From the NCBI GenBank assembly GCA_951406725.2, contig OX597822.1, positions 103,974,001-104,038,000 of the forward strand: 64,000 nt of DNA, written 5' to 3'. Under the pieces are notes generated by a model. It saw only the letters and a list, made by a program, of their open reading frames with translations, searched no databases and was not told the DNA's origin. Below, piece after piece: positions 14,961 through 27,500 of this stretch (positions within the stretch are counted from its first letter, which is position 1; each line of letters starts with the position of its first letter). The position numbers and the translations under genes are program-made. Origin of the DNA: Octopus vulgaris. Its lineage: Eukaryota.

Positions 14961-16051
14961 TTATAATAAAAAAAGTTTGAGATGTTATTAGCTTTGGACA
15001 TGATTAATTTTCTGCTTACGGAAGACCAATGTTTTCTGAGACTTCATTTTTTACGAGCATTCATATTTGAAACTTTCTACTGATATTTGGATGATCAGTT
15101 TTCTTTTGTAGCTTTAATGAAGGGTATATTTTCACTTTAAGTGTGTGTTTGAATGTTTCTCTTTTCTTCTGATTTCTCATTTTTGTGTTCATCAGTTCAG
15201 ATAATTTTCTGTTTCCTAAATATTATCTACTACGGCTAACGTATTATAGATTTATATCATTACATTTATGTCTCTTACGTTCGTCAATGACTGTTTTATG
15301 TTTTCATCTTATCTGGTACTTAGCAACTATAAAATGTTGCCTGCCATAATAACTAAAGTAATTTCAGATTTTGCCATTTTATTGCGCGCATGTCATACAA
15401 GAATTGTACCAGAAGTACGCAAAAGTGAACACAATGTTTTTTTTTATTAATTGTTACAGGTTGTTCAAATTGCACGTGTTGGTAGAGAAACTTATCTCCT
15501 AAACAAATATACTCAACATAGTGTCTTCTACAAGTCATGCGTTTGTGCCATCGTTGAAACCCAACTGAATCTTCAAAAACAATTCAGGTGTGCGCTGTCG
15601 TACTCACTTCTTCACAGCTACTTTCATCTCCGTGGCCCCGGGAACATGTGGGTGCAGGGGGCGGGGGGGGGAAGGGGGTAAGAGCTTCTCTTAAGTTTTT
15701 GGGATGTTGCAAAATAAAAATTTGCACCCTTACTTACTTTTCTTAGATTTAGAAAACTACGTAAAAAGTTGATCTGTAAAAAGTAGCCGAAAGTTTAGTT
15801 TTCTTCACAGAGAACGAAGAACAAGAATAAAGTATTAAAAAAAAAAAAGCAATAAGACATTGTTTGTAAAAGATTTTGAACCTTGGTTGAACCTTGGTTG
15901 AACCTTGGTTGAACCTCCTTAACAGATTTCGTTCTTGAGCTAGTGTTCATCTCGCCACATGAGTCACTAAATCATTGTCCTCGAAGACTGTTCTTCATTG
16001 GACCAAACAGCTGACAGATGGAAGGTACCAGATCGAGGCGGTATAGTAGTG

Positions 16052-16845
16052 AGTTACGTTCTGAGTTCAAATTCCGCCGAGGTCGACTTTGCCTTTCATC
16101 GTTTCGGGGTCGATAAATTAAGTACCAGTTACGCACTGGGGGTCAATGTAATCAACTTAATACCTATGTCTGTCCTTGTTTGTCCCCTCTGTGTTTAGCC
16201 CCTTGTGGGTAGTAAAGAAATAGGTATAGTAGATTGCGAGTAGGCGGCGAGCTGGCAGAAACGTTAGCACGACGGGCGAAATGCGTAGCCGTATTTCGTC
16301 CGCCGTTACGTTCTGAGTTCAAATTCCGCCGAGGTCGACTTTGCCTTTCATCCTTTCGGGGTCGATTAAATAAGTACCAGTTACGCACTGGGGTCGATAT
16401 AATCGACTTAATCCGTTTGTCTGTCCTTGTTTGTCCTCTCAGTGTTTAACCCCTTGTGGGTAGTAAAGAAACAGGTATTTCGTCTACCGCTACGTTCTGA
16501 GTTCAAATTCCGCCGAGGTCGACTTTGCCTTTCATCCTTTCGGGGTCGATAAATTAAGTGCCAGTTACGCACTGGGGTCGATATAATCGACTTAATCCGT
16601 TTGTCTGTCCTTGTTTGTCCTCTCTGTGTTTAACCCCTTGTGGGTAGTAAAGAAATAGGTATTTCGTCTGCCGCTACGTTCTGAGTTCAAATTCCACCGA
16701 GGTCGACTTTGCCTTTCATCCTTTCGGGGTCAGTTAAATAAGTACCAGTTACGCACTGGGGTCGATATAATCGACTTAATCCGTTCGTCTGTCCTTGTTT
16801 GTCCTCTCTGTGTTTAGCCCCTTGTGGGTAGTAAAGAAATAGGTA
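16052..16845 (+). mobile_element. SINE family C tandem array (one truncated unit, then head plus three ~184-bp units)
   Basis: Unit GTATTTCGTC..GGGTAGTAAAGAAA(T/C)AG repeats at ~16291, 16475 and 16659; flanks GGTATAGTAG / GGTACAGTAG. Confidence 0.92.
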
Positions 16846-17108
16846 CAGTAGACTGGGGACCACTGAACAACCTAATTTGCCGCTTGCCTGATTTGTTGCA
16901 AAAAGTATGTGTAGTGGTGCACTCTCATGGTGAGGTTGCAACGTTTTCAGATTCTTGTTCGGCCTCTTCCTTTTAATGCCTTTACTAAGCTTTATGAGTG
17001 TCTCATTACGCATCTTGTTCACTGTACAGTCACACACAATAGAATCTGTGAGATGGCGATATATACAATCCCTATGACTTTCTATGCTGATTACTTACTC
17101 TTGAATTT

Positions 17109-17498
17109 GTGGAGGCGCAATGGCCCAGTGGTTAGGGCAGCGGACTCGCGGTCATAGGATCGCGGTTTCGATTCCCAGACCGGGCGTTGTGAGTGTTTAT
17201 TGAGCGAAAACACCTAAAAGCTCCACGACGAGGCTCCGGCAGGGGATGGTGGTGATCCCTGCTGTACTCTTTCACCACAACTTTCTCTCACTCTTACTTT
17301 CTGTTTCTGTTGTACCTGTATTTCAAAAGGGCCGGCCTTGTCACTCTCTGTGTCACGCTGAATATCCCCGAGAACTACGTTAAGGGTGCACGTGTCTGTG
17401 GAGTGCTCAGCCACTTACACGTTAATTTCACGAGCAGGCTGTTCCGTTGATTCGGATCAACCGGAACCCTCATCGTCGTAACCGACTGAGTGCTTCCC
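17109..17498 (+). mobile_element. SINE family B (main form)
   Basis: Head plus tail ..GTCGTAACCGAC.GAGTGCTTCC; TSD ACTCTT(G/T)AATTTGT. Confidence 0.92.
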
Positions 17499-17519
17499 AC
17501 TCTTTAATTTGTTACAACT

Positions 17520-17990
17520 TGAAGAAGAGGTGTGACTATTTCATTGTCTGAACCTTCATTTTAAGGCCATAAAGATACGGTCACGTTCCTTTCTCACCAG
17601 ATCGAAAAATAGAAAACTTGTCTTCATTAACTTCAAACGCATATAACTCACCAAGGTAGACTTACACCTTCTCCTCTTAAAATCGGGTGTTAACTAACGA
17701 ATTACTAACGAGAATTACACACATCGTACATACTTTCTAATACCCAAAATTTTTCATCATCTTCTCTAATGCATTGTGGCCACAGTCTCCAGCTGTGCAG
17801 CTATCTCACAGATCCTTACTTATCTGCCTCTGCGAATCAGTTCGCCAATCTGTCTTATATCAGTGGTCTCAGTTGATGGCCTCCAACTGCGCGTTTGCCC
17901 TTACCTGCTGGTTCCTACCTTCTTTAAACTTCTTCAGCCATCAATAGCGTCATCTCAATAAACAACATGCTGGTGTCTGTAAATGTCAAA
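17520..17990 (-). mobile_element. Mariner transposase relic (HTH region)
   Basis: Broken minus frames W.KKFKEGR...RSWRPST..IGELIRR..ICEIAAQL..HNALEKMMKILGIRK. Confidence 0.55.
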
Positions 17991-18464
17991 AACAGCTTAC
18001 ACCCACCCCGTTATCCACAATTCAATATTAACATGCAGATTCTGCTTTGAAACCTACAAAATAAAAGAACAGAGAAAAGAGATATTGAGGATTTGAACGA
18101 TTTCTGTCTTTATCTTACTTTCAATAAAAACCTTAAATTTTTTCTTTAAGCGAAGATTTTTTTTTTGTTTGCCGATATCCAGATTTATCTGTATTTTCAT
18201 CTCTACTGGAAACTTGGTGTTCTAAAATATTTCTCTGCGGCTTTTATGCAAGTAATTTCTATTTTTCCTTTTTTTACTGTAAAAATATTTTTTTGCTGTG
18301 GTATTGTATTGCCATTAAATGGATTCTTGTTGTCATATTTTATCTAAGTTTATTTTTATGTATTTTTGTTCTTCTGTAAACTATACACCAAAACAATACA
18401 CTATGTATATATAACAAGTAATACACACATACACAAACACACACACACACACATACACAAGCAC

Positions 18465-18511
<47 letters not shown>

Positions 18512-18604
18512 TTTCATTCACTTGTACACTGAGTTCTATATTATGAATTCTAGAAAGGTTTCTTTTAAACTTGTCCTCCTTGAGACTACATATACATCCA
18601 TACT

Positions 18605-18678
<74 letters not shown>

Positions 18679-18694
18679 AATATATATATATAGT

Positions 18695-18726
<32 letters not shown>

Positions 18727-18765
18727 GGTGTATTGAGAAAAAGTTGGAAATGTGTCAATTTTGTG

Positions 18766-18842
<77 letters not shown>

Positions 18843-19194
18843 CTCAATAGATATGTAAAGGACATTATTACTCATGAGAGACAACAATGCTAGTGACTGC
18901 AAGCTGAAAACCCTATAGGCAAAATTAATATATATATATATATATATATATATGTATAAGAATTGTGTATAACAATGGTAATAAGAATCACCAGCTTCGT
19001 AGAAATAAGAGTCAAAATAATCCGAAACCACAAGAATTAACACCAGAGTTTCACAGGCATGGTTGGAAAAAAACTAAATGAATAAAGATTGCAACTTAAC
19101 TCTGCGAAATTGCAAGAAGGAATGGCAGTTGACCTGGTATCATGAATTCGAATTTAGTGCCGAGAAGCACTTGGTTTTCTTCAGCTAAGTCTAC

Positions 19195-19763
19195 TCATAA
19201 CAACACCTTTATTTCACTTCAACGAAGCCGCATTGAGAAAACGAACCGAGTAAATTTATAAATACATCAAGAACACTATTACTTATGAGAGATACCAGCA
19301 TTAGTGTTTGCGGCTGTGTGATAAGTACCCTGCATTTTTGTTCTACCAGGGTTTGCAGGACGTCCTCCTCGAGTTCTAGAGATCTTCTAGGACCAGGCTT
19401 GTCTTTAGGATGTAATTTCCAGCTCCGAATTTCTGGAACCACAGTTGAAACCGACTTATGCTTATTGCCCAATCCCCATCCATTACTGCATTAATATTCC
19501 TCGCACTTTCCGTTGCGATGTTGCCTTTACTGAACTCATAAAGAAAAATATGCCGAATATGCTCCTTTGTCACTTCCATTATAGCTTTGAAAAGATAACT
19601 GTTAAAATCGAACTGCATTTTTCAAAACTTGGACCAAGAATAAGGACATGGTAAAATTACTACCTGCTTTTATTGCAATTTGATGCAGGTAGTTTATCCT
19701 GTCCCGCTCCGACTTTTAGTTCATGCAATTGAAAAAACCGCATTACTTATGGGATGATCCAAT
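19195..19763 (-). mobile_element. Mariner element 5' part with TIR
   Basis: TA-TTGGATCATCCCATAAGTAATGCGGTTTTTTC TIR; MEVTKEHIRHIFLYEFSKGNIATESARNIN..WFQKFGAGN..DKPGPRRSLELEEDVLQTLVEQ. Confidence 0.85.
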
Positions 19764-19781
19764 ATATATATATATATATAT

Positions 19782-19943
19782 AGCAGGAGTGGCTGTGTGG
19801 TAAGTAACTTGCTAACCAACCACATGGTTGCGGGTTCAGTCCCACTGCGTGGCATCTTGGGCAAGTGTCTTCTGCTATAGCCCGGGCCGACCAATGCCTT
19901 GTGAGTGGATTTGGTAGACGGAAACTGAAAGAAACCTGTCGTA

Positions 19944-20028
<85 letters not shown>

Positions 20029-20181
20029 ATGTGTTGTGTGTCTGTGTTTGTCTCCCTAGCATTGCTTGACAACCGACGCTGGTGTGTTTATGTCCCCGTC
20101 ACTTAGCGGTTCGGCAAAAGAGACCGATAGAATAAGTACTTGGCTAACAAAGAATAAGTCCCAAGAGTAAAAGGGTAAAAG
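19782..20181 (+). mobile_element. SINE family A with tail deletion
   Basis: Head and core present; the GGCGGTGCTCCAGC tail block is missing. Confidence 0.9.
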
Positions 20182-20182
20182 C

Positions 20183-20241
<59 letters not shown>

Positions 20242-20280
20242 TACAAATACATATATATATATATACAAATACATACATAC

Positions 20281-20335
<55 letters not shown>

Positions 20336-20646
20336 CAAATACATATATAATATACACGCACATACATATATACGTATATAGAAATTACATCATTATAATT
20401 ACTTAGACACCAATCCATTGCAGCTGCCAAGCTGCGTTTATATACCTATAATGTTAATTTTTTTTTGTTGACTAAAATAACGCCTTGTAGCGACAGATTG
20501 CTTTATTAAGATGATTTTGTTTCTTTTCGCCATATGTCGTTTACGAATATTGTGCACAATGTTAATCATATTAGTTCATATATATATATATATTCTTCGT
20601 ATTGGTGCTAAATTTTCATCGGGCTGAAATCGGAAATGAAAAGAAA

Positions 20647-20694
<48 letters not shown>

Positions 20695-20953
20695 AACCAC
20701 GAATTCTAATTATGAGAGAAAATATCTTCTGCGCACGTTCTTCTAATAATCGTGGAGATGTAACGTAATCTACACTTGCAAAAATCGTAAGATTCAGGTG
20801 CTGGTGTATAACGGTAAGAAAAGTAATAGTATTTTAATAAATAATTAATCAGTTACCTCTCTCTCTTGGGCCTTGTGCCTAGAATAGAAAAATTACCTCT
20901 CTGTCTGTCTGTCTCTGTTTCTCTCTCTCTCTCTGTCTGTCTGTCTCTGTTTC

Positions 20954-20992
<39 letters not shown>

Positions 20993-21140
20993 TTCTTGCA
21001 TGCAATAATGCCTAGTGAATGATAAAACAAGACATTCAAATTGCTTATAATGTTGTGATGTTCTTCTCAAAGCAAATGTATTTACGGAGATGTACTTGCA
21101 TAGCGAGTGGCATGATCTGAGATCGTGTGCTGAAACGAAA

Positions 21141-21325
21141 ACAATTGCAGCGTGGAAGGTGTTTATAAGCCATTTGAGATGCAGCACGAAGTTTTGTCAG
21201 TGAACAGGTCGCGGTCTCAAAGCGACGAAAATATTTTGACAAATTAAATTTAAATGTTGAAGTGAATCTAACGGTTTTTGTGTGTTTCTTAAATGGCTTA
21301 TAAACACCTTCCACGCTGCAAATGT
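21141..21325. repeat. 39-bp inverted repeat (21141-21179 / 21287-21325) enclosing a hammerhead; PLE pLTR-like inversion
   Basis: ACAATTGCAGCGTGGAAGGTGTTTATAAGCCATTTGAGA versus its reverse complement with 2 mismatches; 13-bp direct repeat GCAAATGTATTTA at 21072 and 21318. Confidence 0.9.
21193..21243 (+). ncRNA. Hammerhead ribozyme variant with G3-C8 swapped core
   Basis: TTTGTCA-GTGAACA-G-GTCGC(9-nt loop)GCGAC-GAA-AATATT-T-TGACAAA: 7-bp stem I, 5-bp stem II, palindromic stem III. Confidence 0.7.
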
Positions 21326-22274
21326 ATTTAGCTATTTTGTTATTCAGTGAATTTTAGACATATGGAATAAAAATGGGCACTGTATCACGATCTTTCGCTT
21401 TTACGTTCTTAGAGGCAGTCTAGGTGAACTGGAATTTACTCAATATAAAAATCATGAATTAAGAGAAGAGCTAAGAAAACACTGTACTTGGGGGCATATA
21501 AGGTCCCCTGAGTGACTAGGGTAATGGCCAAATCAACTGTGACGTCGGTGGATAGCATATGTTAACATTTATGTAACTTTTTGTGTCACTCTTGTGACTA
21601 TAATGTTTGACTTTCAAATATTTCTGTTCACCTTGATCAAGGGTGTCCAATACGTCCATCGAGATCTACCGGTCGAACGCAAAGACAGTGTGGGTAGATC
21701 GCATGGCATTAAAAAAACACAGGCGTCAGCGTATCATCCATGACTATGAAATTTGACACTTGATTGAGATACAGGGCAGCCACTCTGACATCTGACCTTT
21801 TCTGACATGCGTCACCACGCATGCGCATACAACGGCGCTATGTGTTGCAAAACTCTCGCAAGCTGCCGAGTTAACTAGTTAGCCGCCAATTTATTTCTTC
21901 TAAACATAATAAAGGGTATAAAAGTGAGTGGGGAAGCTGGACCAAGTAAGAAACCAAAAATCTATCACTTCCATATTGAATAGGAGGACTTTTTTTTTTC
22001 TCACAATGTCATATTCGAAGTGAGTTTGCCTCATCGGCCAGTCTACCATCGCTATTCCGAAGAAAGGAAATGTGGAATGGCTTTTTCGGACTGTTCATAA
22101 AAACTATGACACTGACTTTTCTCCGAAAAGCGAGCTGAGAAAGAGAAAGGTGAACCAACTAAAATCGCCGTTGTCCAGACTGCAGTCAATTTTCACAAAA
22201 CTAACTTCAAAAGCAAAGGCAGCCACCGAAGCATCGTTCCGGGTGAGTCACTTCATCGTTAAGAACAAGAAATC

Positions 22275-22395
22275 CTCCGACTGCCCTGCTCCTGTCGGAG
22301 CGTAGGCAGCCAGCAGTCTGAAAGCACCGCCGTCACTACCGTCTACGTCGAGGACCACCAACTTACCTTCCGGATCCAGGAAGACTGTCCTTATT
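22275..22395 (-). mobile_element. L1/Tx1-type APE endonuclease fragment inserted in the hAT ORF
   Basis: Open frame IRTVFLDPEGKLVVLDVDGSDGGAFRLLAAYAPTGAGQSE (D.EGR...YAP motif). Confidence 0.7.
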
Positions 22396-22559
22396 TTCAA
22401 GATGGAGAGATGGTAAAAGAGGCATTCTTTGAAGTAGCTGACTCGTTGTTCTGAGACTTTAAAAACAAACCTGAAATACTATCTTCAACCGCAGCTCTCT
22501 AGCTATCAAGAAGTACGGTTACACGGCGCAGTGAAGCCATGGCCAGTAGATAATTTCGA

Positions 22560-22968
22560 CTTACTCTTTACTTGTTTCAGTCATTTGACTGCGGCCATGC
22601 TGGAGCACTGCCTTTAGTCGAGCAATTCGACCCCGGGACTTATTCTTTGTAAGCCCAGTACTTATTCTATCGGTCTCTTTTGTCGAACCGCTAAGTGACG
22701 GGGACGTAAACACACCAGCATCGGTTGCCAGGCAATGCTAGGGAGACAAACACAGACGCACAAACACATACACACACATACACATATATATATATACATA
22801 TATACGACAGGCTTCTTTCAGTTTCCGTCTACCAAATCCACTCACAAGGCATTGGTCGGCCCGGGGCTATAGCAGAAGACACTTGCCCAAGATGCCACGC
22901 AGTGGGACTGAACCCGGAACCATGTGGTTGGTTAGGAAGCTACTTACCACACAGCCACTCCTGCGCCT
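22560..22968 (-). mobile_element. SINE family A (inside hAT)
   Basis: Full head, core and tail. Confidence 0.92.
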
Positions 22969-23825
22969 ATATGGTCATTTTATAAGTATCTCGCATGCTG
23001 AAAAAGTGTGTGCAGCCCTTGATGAATGGAGATAAATCTAATTGCTTTTGGGTAGCACCAATTCTGCTGTAAAATTCAGCAGTTCGTTATTTTTACGAAC
23101 GAAAACCAAACCCTCCTGGTGTTTGCAAAAGAAAATGGCTCCGTGAAGTTGATTTGCTCTCAACTGAATATCAAAACATTTTGTGTGATAACGTATTCCA
23201 ATACGTTATTTCCATGTTATTTTATTCCGTCACGCAATTCTGATGACAAGTATTCAATAAACTTAGCCTGATTTATACACGCTCACGCACGCATGCGCAC
23301 ACGCACATACGCACGCATATACGCACGCACATATGAAAACACGCACACACACACAAGGACACAAAAGAGCACACAAATTTCTATTTTTAATTTTTAATCT
23401 TTAATGTTTAATTTTATTGTTTATTTTTGAAGGGATGTAAAATTACATTTATAATATTTTGAAAACCTTAAGATATGTTGGATTAATTGTAAATCAGATG
23501 TTTGCATATATGTATTTATATATGTATATATATATATATATAGGTATACAATTGTGTGTATGTACATATAACGTAATCTTCCAATACTGAAACACGTGTA
23601 GTTCGTTCATATTTAATTAATTTACTGTTAATTAAAGTAGGGGATAATTAAGGAAGTATGGTATATACCCTGCTGGTATAATGGTTACGTCCTTTAAGTA
23701 TTATTTCGTGATGTGAAAATGGATAACATGATTTTACTTTCAGATATACACATTAGGTTGTTGTTGTTTTTTTTGTATTATCTGAAACAGAATACCCGCA
23801 TATCTATTAATCCCCAAAACTGAAT

Positions 23826-23876
<51 letters not shown>

Positions 23877-23923
23877 GCACATACATGTATATATAGATTT
23901 ATATATGTATATATGTATGTATG

Positions 23924-23970
<47 letters not shown>

Positions 23971-23989
23971 ATATATATATATATGTGTG

Positions 23990-24033
<44 letters not shown>

Positions 24034-24049
24034 ATATAATATAATATAA

Positions 24050-24295
24050 TTAAATTATTGTATACAGTGCTCAGGTGCACCACAACTTGTCAAACAGTGC
24101 GTATAAAGTATATGCAGTAATGTACAAGTGTCTGGAAAGTGAACTGTGTATGAGTCAGATACATGCTTGCGTGTGTATGGAGGGGAGAAAATCAGGTGTA
24201 GTGTTGACGAATCTCAGGAAGCATGGAAGCTTTGAAGGATGCAAGTGCTCCGACAACTAACAACTGATGCCGGCAGTCTGTTCTATGCTTCAATG
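24050..24295 (-). mobile_element. CR1-type LINE 3' end
   Basis: [31 protein letters not shown] (WN.LP..VV...FK motif) followed by a 3' UTR. Confidence 0.7.
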
Positions 24296-24375
24296 TTCCA
24301 TTCCATGTTCCATACATATATGTATGTATGTATGTATATATATATATATATGTGTGTATATACATATATGTATGA

Positions 24376-24411
<36 letters not shown>

Positions 24412-24414
<3 letters not shown>

Positions 24415-24803
24415 CGTAGGAGTGGCTGTGTGGTAAGTAGCTTGTTTTTGGTTGCGAGCTCAGTCCCACTGCGTGGCACCTTGGGCAAGTGTCTTCTACT
24501 ATAGCCCCGGGTCGACCAAAGCCTTGTGAGTGGATTTGGTAGACGGAAACTGAAAGAAGCCCGTCGTATATATGCATATATATATATGTGAGTATATGTT
24601 TGTGTGTCTGTGTTTGTTCCCCCAACATCGCTTGACAACCGACACTGGTGTGTTTACGTCACCGTAACTTAGCGGTTCGGCAAAAGGGGTCGATAGAATA
24701 AGTACTAGGCTTACAAAGAATAAGTCCTGGAGTCGATTTGCTCGACTAAAGGGTGCCAAAGTCAAATGACTGAAACAAGTAAAAGAGTAAGAGGGTAAAG
24801 AGT
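24412..24803 (+). mobile_element. SINE family A
   Basis: Head, core and tail with small deletions. Confidence 0.9.
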
Positions 24804-25094
24804 ATATATACATGTATACTTCGTATTCGTTATCTATTCCTTCTGTTTTGCATGTGTGAATTACAGGGTCTGTCATGCCCGGAGTCCAACTTTGATAGAA
24901 ATAAGCATTCTTGACTGCCATTTCTATTTTTTAGTATGCGGTCAAGCAACCTGTTTTGCCTCCCTTTTTCTTATATACAATATATATTGAACTTTACAGA
25001 AGTTCCTGCCGGTAATCGTATATGAGTATACCGAATTCTACCAGTAAATGACTGGGGTTTTTTAAAAGCCTTTATAGAATCATTTACCGGGACC

Positions 25095-25162
<68 letters not shown>

Positions 25163-25552
25163 CATACTCACAACAGAAAAATGTTACAAAAAGAAAATAG
25201 AAACTACACGTGGAAATGTAAGGAGAAAGTAAAAAGAAAAATGAGCGAAAAGGCACATTGGAAATCAAAAAAAGTAAAGGCTTTTTTGATTTCCAACTAG
25301 AGCCTGTTGAGCTTATGTTTTTTATTTTATATTCCCTTCGAGATTTGTCCCTAATAGTGGTTTGGATTTTGGCTATTCCTTCTAGCGTACCAGGTGTCTT
25401 ATGATGGATACCTCTTACGTATTTAAACGTACACTGTATTTATATGAATAATATATAGTGTATTGACTAATTTTTCTACACGCTAGGCCCCTGGTAGTAA
25501 AAAATCCTAAAATTTTTCTTACCCTGACATTATTAATTATATATATATATAT

Positions 25553-25727
25553 ATTTTCTCTCCTTGTTTCTCTCCGTGTTTCTTTTCTGTGTATCTTTCT
25601 GTTGAAGAGCGTAGGCTCGAAACGTAAAAGACTTGTTTTATTTATATTCCTGAGCGCCATACTAATACAATTGTTTGTTTGTATTCCACCTGCCTTCGTC
25701 TTTTGTTTATTTTCATAAAGCTTCCCG

Positions 25728-25730
<3 letters not shown>
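25553..25730 (+). mobile_element. Short non-coding PLE pLTR-like repeat between (TA)n tracts
   Basis: Pyrimidine-rich ~180-bp unit carrying a hammerhead; diverged inverted copy at ~52205-52385. Confidence 0.6.
25594..25631 (+). ncRNA. Minimal hammerhead ribozyme, A6U core variant
   Basis: TCTTT-CTGTTGA-A-GAGC(GTAG)GCTC-GAA-ACGT-A-AAAGA; GUA site; palindromic stem III. Confidence 0.7.
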
Positions 25731-25769
<39 letters not shown>

Positions 25770-25782
25770 TTGTTACTATTGT

Positions 25783-25910
25783 CTTTAACCTTTTACATGT
25801 TTCAAACACTAGACTACGGCCATGCTGGAGCATCGACTTGAAGAATTTCAATCTGAACAATCGACCCAATTAATAATTTTAAAGCCTGCTACTTATTCTA
25901 TCGGCGTCTT
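25783..25910 (-). mobile_element. SINE family A 3' fragment (diverged)
   Basis: CGGCCATGCTGGAGCA..TACTTATTCTATCGG. Confidence 0.7.
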
Positions 25911-26384
25911 TTCAATATCAACATGATTATAGTGACTCTCCCTTTCAAAACATTAGTTAAATGTCAACCTGTGCCAAGCGGCTTTTCTCTGCGTGCTTTA
26001 GCTTCGTTGCTATAGCAACAGTGTGGATATTTATTGACCAGACCACGTATCCTCTTCTCAGTTTGACATGGCGTTATACACGCTTACAGTAATTAAATAA
26101 ATAAATTAATTAGTCAACTACGCTGCTAGCGGTATCACTTAAATAGAGATCGGAAATACTGTTTAAATGTCGTCACCAGAGGAGGTTCCCTCTTGACTAC
26201 TTTAAAACACACAAAATAAAACTCCAAAAGAATAGTAGCTGAAATTAATTCATAGCCAACAGAGTGTTCAGACAAAATTTGACCGGTTGCATAAACGGAT
26301 AAAAACACAATATCCCACACAAAAATAAAAGTATTTTTTAAAAACTAAAAAAAAACACAACTAGATTGACTGGGATATAACACT

Positions 26385-26900
26385 TTACTCAAAGTAGTCG
26401 CCCTCAGCTTCAAACATGGCCTCAAGACGATTCCCGAACCTGGCGCATTCGTTTCTCACTGCGTTCCTAAGAAGATCTTCAAGCACTTCCTTCATTTTGG
26501 TCACCTGCTCGGCTTTGGTGTTGCAAACAGAGCGGTTGGTGTCTTTCTCAACCGCACACCACACAAAGTAATCCATGGAATTACAATTGGTGAGGTGGGG
26601 GAGTTATGCCAAAAATTGAAGCTGGTGGAGTTGTAGAAATCCTCCGACAACCACTTCTGACTCTTTCCGGAGGTATGGCAAGGGACCAAATGCTGCTGCC
26701 ACTCCAGCCAGGGTTTGACCAGTCTCCAACAGCTCCACATAGCCATCTGAACTGAGTGTAAGTCCTCTGTTCAAAGATGTGATAAAGAATTATGACGTGA
26801 GGGCTCAGTCAGGATGCCTCCCATGTTCCTTCCTGCTGGTCAAGGCTTCGTAGTCCCCGTTGCAGCACTCCATACTGAACAATTCCTAAATTGTATAGAA
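26385..26900 (-). mobile_element. IS630-Tc1-mariner (maT/DD37D-like) transposase C-terminal relic
   Basis: DYFVWCAVEKDTNRSVCNTKAE..RNECARFGNRLEAMFEAEGDYFE*. Confidence 0.75.
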
Positions 26901-26929
26901 AAATATTTGTTATTTGCTTTAGAAATATA

Positions 26930-27337
26930 TACTCTTTACTCTTTACTCTTTTATTTGTTTCAGTGATTTGACTGCGGCCATGCTGGAGCACCGCCTTTAA
27001 TCGAGCAACTCGACCCCGGGATTTATTCTTTTGTAAGCCCAGTACTTATTCTATCGGTCTCTTTTGCCGAACTGCTAAGTAACAGGGGCATAAACACACA
27101 AGTGTCGGTTGTCAAGCAATGCTAGGGGGACAAACACACTCACACAAACACACACACGCATATATATATATACATATATACGACGGGCTTCTTTCAGTTT
27201 CCGTCTACCAAATCCACTCACAAGGCTTTGGTCGGCCCGAGGCTATAGTAGAAGACACCTGCCCAAGATGCCACGCAGTGGGACTGAACCCGGAACAATG
27301 TGGTTGGTAAACAAGCTACTTACCACACAGCCACTCC
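26930..27337 (-). mobile_element. SINE family A
   Basis: Head, core and tail. Confidence 0.9.
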
Positions 27338-27500
27338 TTAATTATCTTAAACGAATCTGTAATTTGGTTTTCTCGTGAGTGAAAATAAATCAATTTCAGA
27401 ACCGTTTCAGCAGCCTTTTACGTTTTTCCTTCCCCTTTTGCCGGTACAAGGCAAGGTTTTTGCATAAAAATTTGCTTCTATAATCTTGTTTGTGCATATA

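Larger units (their letters stand above)
21638..23021 (+). mobile_element. Internally deleted hAT transposon (GTF2IRD2/EPM2AIP1/SPIN-like transposase 5' part)
   Basis: Ends CAAGGG../..CCCTTG; broken frame SGEAGPSKKPKIYHFH..IAIPKKGNVEWLFRTVHKNYDTDFSPKSELRKRKV..AATEASFRVSHFIVKNKKS|FQDGEMVKEAFFE..LSRSTVTRRSEAMA. Confidence 0.85.

Noticed and set aside
15879-15916. (GAACCTTGGTT)x3.5 minisatellite
   Set aside because: Simple slippage repeat; no evidence of function.
17109-17185. tRNA-like sequences at SINE heads
   Set aside because: A/B boxes are present but each runs into a SINE body with TSDs; not tRNA genes.
25258-25296. Hairpin TTGGAAATCAAAAAA..TTTTTTGATTTCCAA
   Set aside because: Isolated AT-rich inverted repeat with no supporting context.
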